Assembly (NCBI GenBank): GCA_963767925.1
Contig: CAVYGB010000013.1
Span: 1-64,000, forward strand
From: an uncultured delta proteobacterium
GTDB lineage: Bacteria > Myxococcota_A > Polyangia > Fen-1088
DNA length: 64,000 nt
Direction: 5' to 3'
Shown: positions 57,535 to 64,000 of the stretch, one piece after another
Layout: the number at the start of each line of letters is the position of its first letter
Numbering within the stretch: position 1 is the stretch's first letter
Made by a program: the position numbers and the translations under genes
The notes under the pieces: model-generated
The model's database searches: none
Told to the model about the DNA's origin: nothing
The model's input: only the letters and a program-made list of their open reading frames with translations

Positions 57535-59880
57535 TCAGGCCAGCCCCAGGGCGCAGATGCGGCGCACCTCCGGATCGGGATCGCTGGCCGCGGCGGCGCG
57601 CAGGCTGGCAAGGGCGTCGCGGGTGGCCATGCCCGCCAGGGTCATGGCGGCCGCCTTGCGGGCCGGCAGGTGGGGCATCTTCAGCGATCGCGTGAGCGCG
57701 GCCAGGGCATCGGGTCGCTGCATGCGCGCGAGCGCCGAGGTCAGCAGGGGGGCGGTCTCGTCGTCGGCGGTCTCGAGCGCGGCCAGCAGGCCTCCCACCC
57801 GGTCGGACGAGCCGTGCGCCAGGGCGTCGTGCAGCCGGGGCGACGAGCGCTGCTGGCGCAGCAGCTCGATCAGCACCGGGGTGGCGCCGCGGCGCCCGGC
57901 CAGAAAGCCGATGGCCGCGTTACGGATGGCCTCGTCCTGGTCGAGGGCGGCCGCCGCCAGCACGTCGGTGACGTCCTGATGATCGAAGCCGGCGATGGCC
58001 CCCAGGGCCACCATCCGGGTGGCGGCGTCGGGAGAGGTGGCGGCCTTCAGGAGCACGGGGATGGAGTCGGGCGAGCGGCGCAGCCCGAGGCCGATCAGGG
58101 CCGCCCGCACCACGTCGCCGTCGTCGGAGGCTGCGGTGGCCAGCAGGTGATCGTACGCGCTCTGGCTCTTGAGGTAGGCCAGCGCCTCGACCGCGGCCAC
58201 CCGTACCTGGCCCGCCTCGTCGTTCAGCAGCCGGGCGATGACCTCGGCGGCCGGCTCCGCCTCCAGGCGGCCCAGCGACTGGCAGGCGTAGTAGCGCACC
58301 CAGGGATCGGAGTCGGTGAGCCCCCGCATCAGCACCGACTGGGCCCGGACATCGGAGCGGCAGGCTCCCAGGGCGCGCATGGCCGAGGCCCGGGTGCGGG
58401 GGACCGTGTCCTTGGCCGCCTCGATCAGGGCCTCCCGGGCCCGCAGATCTTCGATGTAGGGGAGCCCGGCGATGGCGCTGTCCCGCACGCGCACGTCGTC
58501 GTCCTGCAGGCCGGCCAGACAGACCTCGAGGGCGGCGCGCGAGCCGAAGTAGCCCAGGATGCGCAGCGCCCAGCGGCGCACCGAGGCGGAGGGCGAGCGG
58601 GCGGCGGCGATGGCCAGCGGCTCGGTCTCCGCGCTGCCGAGCGACTGGATGGCGCCCACCGCCGCCTGCACCACGGCGGCGTTGGGATCGGACAGCTTCT
58701 GGAACAGCGCCCCCACCACGCTCGTGTTGCCGATGCGGGCCAGGGCGTCGCAGGCGGCGATTCGCACCTCCGAGTCCTCGTCCTCCAGGCAGCGGGCCAC
58801 GTCGCCGGCCGAGGCGGCGTGGGTGATGAGCGGCAGCAGGAGCTTGCGGCGGGGGCTGTTGTCCTCCCGGATCTGTCGCAGCAGCACGTCCTCGAACCGG
58901 CTGCCGGTGTTGCGCAGCCCCTCGGCGGCGGCCGCCGCCACCACCTCGTCCGGTTCGCGGATCAGCGTCGCCAGCAGCGAGACCGCCGCCTCGTCGTGCA
59001 ACATGCCCGCGGTCAGGGCGATGGCCGCCTTCTCGGCGGCGTCGGCTCCGGCCAGCGCCCCCGTCAGGGAGCGCGCCACCTGGCGGGCGTTGACCGCGCG
59101 CCGGAGGGCATCCTCGACCGGGGTGGAGGTGCCGTAGGTGCGCCGGAAGCGCTGCCACAGGTCGGCCAGCGCCTGGGCCCCCACCCGCACCTCGGCGCTG
59201 GTCGTCCCCAGCAGCAGCGCCGCCAGCGGTCCCACCGCGTTGCGGTCCCCGCTGCGTCCGAGGGCGCGCGCCACCTCGAGGGCATAGAGCCGGTGGCTCA
59301 GCAGGGAGGCCAGGGCCGGGATGGCCCGGGGGTCGCCCGAGCGGCCGAGCACGTCGACCGCGGGGAAGACCCGGAAGAAGTTGCCGCTGCCGACCGCCCG
59401 GACGAGCGGCTCGACCGCGCTGCGCCCGCCGATGCGGCCCAGGGCCTCGATGGCCGCCACCGCGACGTTGTCGCTGGCGTGTTCGGTGAGGGTGACGAGC
59501 AGGGGGGTGGCGCTCGGATCCTGCCGGCGGCCCAGCACCTGGGCCACGTCCGCCACCACCGCCGGATCGGAATCGGCGACCAGGGGGGTCAGCGCTGCGC
59601 GCACGTCGCCGGCCGAGGCCACCAGGGTGTCGACCACCGCCGCCACCACCGTCTCGTTACCGCGGCCCTGGCGGAGGTGCGCCACCAGGGCGGGCAGGGC
59701 GGCGTCCCCCAGGGCGCCGAGGGCGGCCACCACCGCGCGCCGCACGGTCCAGCTCGCGTCCTCGAGCTGGGCGATCAGCGCGGGGACCGACTCGGTGCCG
59801 GCCGCCATGAGGTGGTCGATGTGCTCGACGCGCTCGCGCTCGGCGTCGGAGAGGGCGAAGGGGGCGGCGGTCGTGGTCAC
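57535..59880 (-). CDS. HEAT-repeat protein (Cpc7-like)
   Basis: Many L.D.D..VR..A..ALG units; lies between the MCP and cheR as in the Myxococcus Che7 cluster. Confidence 0.9.
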   Translation of the reverse strand: MTTTAAPFALSDAERERVEHIDHLMAAGTESVPALIAQLEDASWTVRRAVVAALGALGDAALPALVAHLRQGRGNETVVAAVVDTLVASAGDVRAALTPLVADSDPAVVADVAQVLGRRQDPSATPLLVTLTEHASDNVAVAAIEALGRIGGRSAVEPLVRAVGSGNFFRVFPAVDVLGRSGDPRAIPALASLLSHRLYALEVARALGRSGDRNAVGPLAALLLGTTSAEVRVGAQALADLWQRFRRTYGTSTPVEDALRRAVNARQVARSLTGALAGADAAEKAAIALTAGMLHDEAAVSLLATLIREPDEVVAAAAAEGLRNTGSRFEDVLLRQIREDNSPRRKLLLPLITHAASAGDVARCLEDEDSEVRIAACDALARIGNTSVVGALFQKLSDPNAAVVQAAVGAIQSLGSAETEPLAIAAARSPSASVRRWALRILGYFGSRAALEVCLAGLQDDDVRVRDSAIAGLPYIEDLRAREALIEAAKDTVPRTRASAMRALGACRSDVRAQSVLMRGLTDSDPWVRYYACQSLGRLEAEPAAEVIARLLNDEAGQVRVAAVEALAYLKSQSAYDHLLATAASDDGDVVRAALIGLGLRRSPDSIPVLLKAATSPDAATRMVALGAIAGFDHQDVTDVLAAAALDQDEAIRNAAIGFLAGRRGATPVLIELLRQQRSSPRLHDALAHGSSDRVGGLLAALETADDETAPLLTSALARMQRPDALAALTRSLKMPHLPARKAAAMTLAGMATRDALASLRAAAASDPDPEVRRICALGLA

Positions 59881-59887
59881 GTCGCGC

Positions 59888-62410
59888 TCATTGCCTCACG
59901 ACGCGGGGGGCGCCGGTCTCCTCGGCCAGCCCGCTCGAGATGGCGGTGATAGTGTCGGCCGCCTCCGCGGTGGCCTGCCGGATCTCGCCGAGTTGCTGGC
60001 CCGCCGCGGTGACCTCCCTGGCCAGCTCCTGCAGCCCTTTGGACTGCTGTCCGATGGCGGTGGCGATCTCCCGCCCGCGCGACTTCATCTCGCCGATGCC
60101 CTGGGCCACCGCCGCCGTCCGCCCGGACTGGTCGGTCAACCCCCCGGCGGTCTTCGCCATCACGGCGGCCTGGCGGGTCACCACCGCGGACGCCGAGTTC
60201 ACCGCCTGGGTCTGCTCGGCGAGGGCCCGGGCGGTCTGGCGGGCGATCCGCCGCACCTGTTCGCCGTCCGCGGCGAGGCTGGCTGCCGCCTTGGCCTGCT
60301 CGGCGGTGGCGCTGGTGACCTCGGCCGCCAGCCGGGCCACCTGGCGGGTGGCGATGTCGAGCTGCTTGCCGGCGGTGGCCTGCTCCGCCACCGCCTTGGC
60401 CGTCATCAGGCTCAGCTTGCGGGCGTCCTGCATGGCCTTGGCCACCTCGGCAGCCCCCCTGGCCTGCTCGGCCAGCCCGGCCACCGCCCGCTGGGTGGAG
60501 CTCGCCACCTCCTGGGCCGCCGCCGCCGTGCCGACCAGCGAACGGGTCTGCTCGTTCACCGCGCTCGCCGTCTGCTGGGTCAAGGCCCGCATGCGGGCCG
60601 CCGCCCGGGCCAGCTCGCCAGTGGCCTCGGCCTGCTCCTGGGTGGCGCGCGAGACCTTCTCGGCGGTCGTCGCGAGCTGCGCCGTCAGCCGGGCGGCGTC
60701 CTTGGAGGCTTTTGCCTGCTCGGTCAGGGCCTCGCTGGTCTGCTTGGCCATCCGGCGCATCTCGACCGCGCCCTGGGCCAGCCCCTGGGTGGCGCTGGTC
60801 TGCTCGGCCGAGGCCCGGGCCACCACCCGGGCCTCCTCGCTGACCCGGGTCGCGGCCTGGACCAGGGAGGTGACCCCCTGGGTCTGGTCCTCGCTCTGGC
60901 GGTCGATGTCGCGCACCACCCGCCCCAGCTCCTCGATCCCTTGCAAGATGAGCGCGAGGGCCCTGTCGGCGTCGCCCGCCAGCCGGGTCCCCTCGTCGGC
61001 GACCTTGACCCCCTCGACCGAGGTGGTGACCGCCTCGCGGGCCGTGCTCTGCAGCCCGCGCACGATCTTGGCGACGTCGGCGCTGGCGGTGGCGGCCCGA
61101 TCGGACAGCGCCCGGATCTCCTCGGCCACCACGGCGAAGCCGCGGCCATGCTCGCCGGCCCGGGCCGCCTCGATGCTGGCGTTGAGCGACAGCAGGTTGG
61201 TGCGGTCGGCGATGAGGTTGATGGTCTGGACGATGTCGCCGATCTCCTCGGCCCGCTTGCCCATCTCCTTCATGACGGTGGCCGAGTCCTGCATGGCCTG
61301 GCGCATGACGCCCAGCCCGGCGATGGAGCGGGTCACCGTGCCGCCGCCCTCGCGGGCCATGCTGTTGGTCCGCTCGGCGGTCTCGCGGGCGCTCTGGAGG
61401 GCGCCGCGGATCTTGCGGTTGGCCGCCTCGACCTGGCCGGTGGAGGCGGCGCTCGAGGCGGCCAGCTCGCTGATCTTCTCGATGCTGTGGGAGACGGACT
61501 GGGCCGAGCGGGCCATCTGCTCGATGGCGGCGGCGTTGGTCTCGATCACCGCCGCGTTGCGCTCGGCCGTCGCGGTCACCTCCTCGATCGACGCGGCCAG
61601 CTCGGCCACCGTGCTGGCGGCCGAGGCGGCGTTGGACTCCAGCTCCTTGGCGAAGGTGGCGGTGCCCCGCACCGAGCGCGCGATCTGCTCGGCGGTGGCC
61701 GAGGTGCTTTCGATGACGTTGGACATCTCGACGGCGTCCTTGCCCACCCGCTCGAGCGCGGTCCCCGCCGCCAGGATGCTGGCCGCCATGCCCTGCACGT
61801 GCTGTCCGACGGTCTGGGCGTCGCTCGCCAGGCGCCCGATCCCCTTGGACATCTGCTCGATGGTGGAGGCCACCTCCTCGACGCCCGCGGCCGTGCTCTC
61901 GCCCCGGGCGGCCACGTCGGCGATCGAGGCGGCCGTCTCGGTGGTGGTGGCCACCAGCTCCTCGGCGGCGGCCCCGAGATCGGCGGCGTTCGAGCTGACC
62001 CCCTTGACCGAGCGGGCCATCTCCTCGGCGGCGCCGGCGCTGCTCTCGGCGGAGGCGGCGAGCTGCTCGGTGTCCTTGCGCACGGCCTCGATCGAGGCGG
62101 TCAGCTCCTGCAAGGTGCTGGCGGTGGTCTCCAGCCCCTTGTGCACCTCTTTCAGGTCGGCGCTCGCCACCGCCTGGGACTGGGCCACGTCCTGCATGGC
62201 GCCGGCCGCCGCCTCCAGGCGACGGGCCGTGTCCTCGGTGCTGGTGCGGATCTGGTCGGTGGAGGCGGCCTGCTGGGTGCCGGTGGAGGCCAGGCGGGTC
62301 ACGACCTCCTCGAGGGCGTGCACCCGCTGGGCGGTCTGCCGCAGGGAGGCCGAGGCCTCCTCGCTGCGGGTGTAGGCCAGATTCAAACGGTTGTTCCCGT
62401 TATCGGCCAT
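59888..62410 (-). CDS. Cytoplasmic methyl-accepting chemotaxis protein (840 aa, no TM or sensor domain)
   Basis: Central tip [34 protein letters not shown] flanked by long heptad arms. Confidence 0.9.
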   Translation of the reverse strand: MADNGNNRLNLAYTRSEEASASLRQTAQRVHALEEVVTRLASTGTQQAASTDQIRTSTEDTARRLEAAAGAMQDVAQSQAVASADLKEVHKGLETTASTLQELTASIEAVRKDTEQLAASAESSAGAAEEMARSVKGVSSNAADLGAAAEELVATTTETAASIADVAARGESTAAGVEEVASTIEQMSKGIGRLASDAQTVGQHVQGMAASILAAGTALERVGKDAVEMSNVIESTSATAEQIARSVRGTATFAKELESNAASAASTVAELAASIEEVTATAERNAAVIETNAAAIEQMARSAQSVSHSIEKISELAASSAASTGQVEAANRKIRGALQSARETAERTNSMAREGGGTVTRSIAGLGVMRQAMQDSATVMKEMGKRAEEIGDIVQTINLIADRTNLLSLNASIEAARAGEHGRGFAVVAEEIRALSDRAATASADVAKIVRGLQSTAREAVTTSVEGVKVADEGTRLAGDADRALALILQGIEELGRVVRDIDRQSEDQTQGVTSLVQAATRVSEEARVVARASAEQTSATQGLAQGAVEMRRMAKQTSEALTEQAKASKDAARLTAQLATTAEKVSRATQEQAEATGELARAAARMRALTQQTASAVNEQTRSLVGTAAAAQEVASSTQRAVAGLAEQARGAAEVAKAMQDARKLSLMTAKAVAEQATAGKQLDIATRQVARLAAEVTSATAEQAKAAASLAADGEQVRRIARQTARALAEQTQAVNSASAVVTRQAAVMAKTAGGLTDQSGRTAAVAQGIGEMKSRGREIATAIGQQSKGLQELAREVTAAGQQLGEIRQATAEAADTITAISSGLAEETGAPRVVRQ

Positions 62411-62840
62411 GGCTCACGTCCTCTCCGATCACCTTCGGCACATCCAGCAACATGACCAGGCGCGCGCCCGCGTGGGCCACCGACTTCACGAACCCCTGGC
62501 CGGCGTCGGCCCCGCCGACGTCGGGGGCCTCGCGGAACTCGGCGGGGTCGATGCGCAGCACCTCGCGGGCCCGGTCGGCCAGCAGGGCCACCGCCCGGTT
62601 CGCGCTCTGCACCACCACCACCCGCGAGTCGAGGGTGGGGGCGGCGGGCTCGATCCCGAAGCGCGCCCGCAGGTCGATCACCGGCACCACCCGCCCGCGG
62701 ATCTGGATGATGCCGGCCAGGTGGGGGGGGCCTCCCGGGACCTGGGTGGCCCCGGTGAAGGACTCCATCAGCAGGACGCTCGCCGCCTCGAGCACGAACT
62801 CGGAGCGGGCCACCTGGAAGAGCACGTAGAGGGCGGTCAT
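62400..62840 (-). CDS. cheW: Chemotaxis adaptor CheW
   Basis: [26 protein letters not shown]. Confidence 0.92.
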   Translation of the reverse strand: MTALYVLFQVARSEFVLEAASVLLMESFTGATQVPGGPPHLAGIIQIRGRVVPVIDLRARFGIEPAAPTLDSRVVVVQSANRAVALLADRAREVLRIDPAEFREAPDVGGADAGQGFVKSVAHAGARLVMLLDVPKVIGEDVSHGR

Positions 62841-64000
62841 GGGCGCAGGTCGGTCTTGCGACGGGTCAGTTTCGCGCTCAGCGAGAACAGATCGAGCACC
62901 AGGGTGGGCTGACCGTCGCCCAGGTCGGTCGAGCCGGCGATGCCGGGCTGGCGGGTCAGGGGGTCCTCCAGGGGCCGCACGACCACCTCCTGCTGCCCCA
63001 GCATCCGGTCCACCTCGAAGCCGTAGAGCTGGCCGCTGCGCCGGATGAGGATGGCCTTGCTGGTCCCGTCGATCGCCACCTTGGGCAGGTGGAACAGCGT
63101 CTCCAGGCTGACCAGGGGGACGGCCGATCCCCGGCGCTCGATCATGCGCATGGGCGCGCGGCCCTTGCCCGAGGGGGCGTTCACCACCTGGGCCGGGTTC
63201 ACCTCGACGATCTCCTCGACGCCCGCCACCGGCACCACGAAGGCCTGCGGGCCGCAGCGGAAGCTGAAGGCGTCGACGATGGTGATGGTGAGGGGGATGC
63301 CGAGCGAGAAGGTCGTGCCGGCGCCCGCCCGGCTGCGCAGGGTGAGGGACCCGCCCAGCTCGTCGACGACGAGGCGCTTGACGATGTCCATGCCCATGCC
63401 CCGCCCGCTGGTGGTGCTCACCTCCTGGCGGGTCGACAGCCCGGGGGTGGTCACGAGGGCCAGCAGCTCGTCGTCGCTGCGGGGCGGCTCCCGGCGGGCC
63501 CGCCGGGCCAGCGCCGCCCCGTCGATGCCGCGGCCGTCGTCCTCGATGACGAGCTCGAGCTGGTTGTTGCCGCGCTCGTGGCAGGAGACGAGGATGCGCC
63601 CCTCTTCCGGCTTGCCGAGGCGGCGTCGGTCGTCGGGGGACTCGAGGCCGTGGTCCACCGCGTTGCGGATCAGGTGCACGATCGCCGGGAAGATGCGTTC
63701 GCCGACCGACTTGTCCAGCTCGGCCCGTCCGGTCTCGAGGTCGAGGCGGACCCGCTTGCCGATCTCGGCGGCCAGCCGCCGCACCAGCAGGGGGACCCGC
63801 TCGAGCAGCTCGGCCGCAGAGACCATCCGGGCCTTCATGATCGCGGCGCGCAGGTCGCGGACCTGGCGGGCGTGCTCGTGGACCACCAGGCGCAGGGCCC
63901 GGACGTCGGCGCCCTGGGCGGCCAGCGCGGCCACCGCCCGCTCCAGGCGGAAGCGGGTGACCACCAGGGCCGACAGCTTGTCGAGCGCGTCATCGAGGCG
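62837..64000 (-). CDS. cheA: Chemotaxis histidine kinase CheA (5' part outside the window)
   Basis: HLIRNAVDHG, DDGRGID, SGRGMGMD, CheW domain GQQEVVVRPL; frame stays open to 64000. Confidence 0.93.
   Translation of the reverse strand, partial: RLDDALDKLSALVVTRFRLERAVAALAAQGADVRALRLVVHEHARQVRDLRAAIMKARMVSAAELLERVPLLVRRLAAEIGKRVRLDLETGRAELDKSVGERIFPAIVHLIRNAVDHGLESPDDRRRLGKPEEGRILVSCHERGNNQLELVIEDDGRGIDGAALARRARREPPRSDDELLALVTTPGLSTRQEVSTTSGRGMGMDIVKRLVVDELGGSLTLRSRAGAGTTFSLGIPLTITIVDAFSFRCGPQAFVVPVAGVEEIVEVNPAQVVNAPSGKGRAPMRMIERRGSAVPLVSLETLFHLPKVAIDGTSKAILIRRSGQLYGFEVDRMLGQQEVVVRPLEDPLTRQPGIAGSTDLGDGQPTLVLDLFSLSAKLTRRKTDLRP

Noticed and set aside
59321..62455. Long + strand ORFs (1044 aa, 811 aa) and similar antisense ORFs across the window
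   Set aside because: Antisense shadows of GC3-biased real genes, with no recognisable motifs

Overview
Very GC-rich bacterial chromosomal DNA. Gene content (Che7-like HEAT-repeat chemosensory cluster, Wsp-like cluster, zapA-ygfA-rny synteny, DUF4266/DUF3570 locus) suggests Myxococcota or a related delta-lineage; this is inference. The window holds two tRNAs (Glu-TTC, Lys-TTT) and about 55 CDS: housekeeping genes (zapA, ygfA, rny, rsgA, uvrC, argBC, mpg), transport and protease genes, a VapBC pair, a complete Wsp-type pathway with a divergent wspR, and the distal part of a Che7-like cluster. I found no integrase, transposase, prophage or CRISPR-Cas. Most notable observations: (1) an uncharacterised five-gene envelope operon (cytochrome-c-like lipoprotein, SH3+beta-barrel, DUF4266, DUF3570, unannotated 29-aa membrane peptide); (2) an apparently dead WspR paralog that keeps its I-site; (3) a DUF6807/ABC/permease-CAAX-protease fusion/exported TldD run; (4) an RNase Y with HD-domain substitutions at a locus missing its usual 6S RNA; (5) a TANNNT box 6-10 nt before 13 start codons, suggesting leaderless transcripts; (6) several palindromic and tandem repeats, including a branched 135-nt structured element. 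Four single-base frameshifts (uvrC, C13 peptidase) are probably sequencing errors. All family calls come from motif recognition, not database searches.
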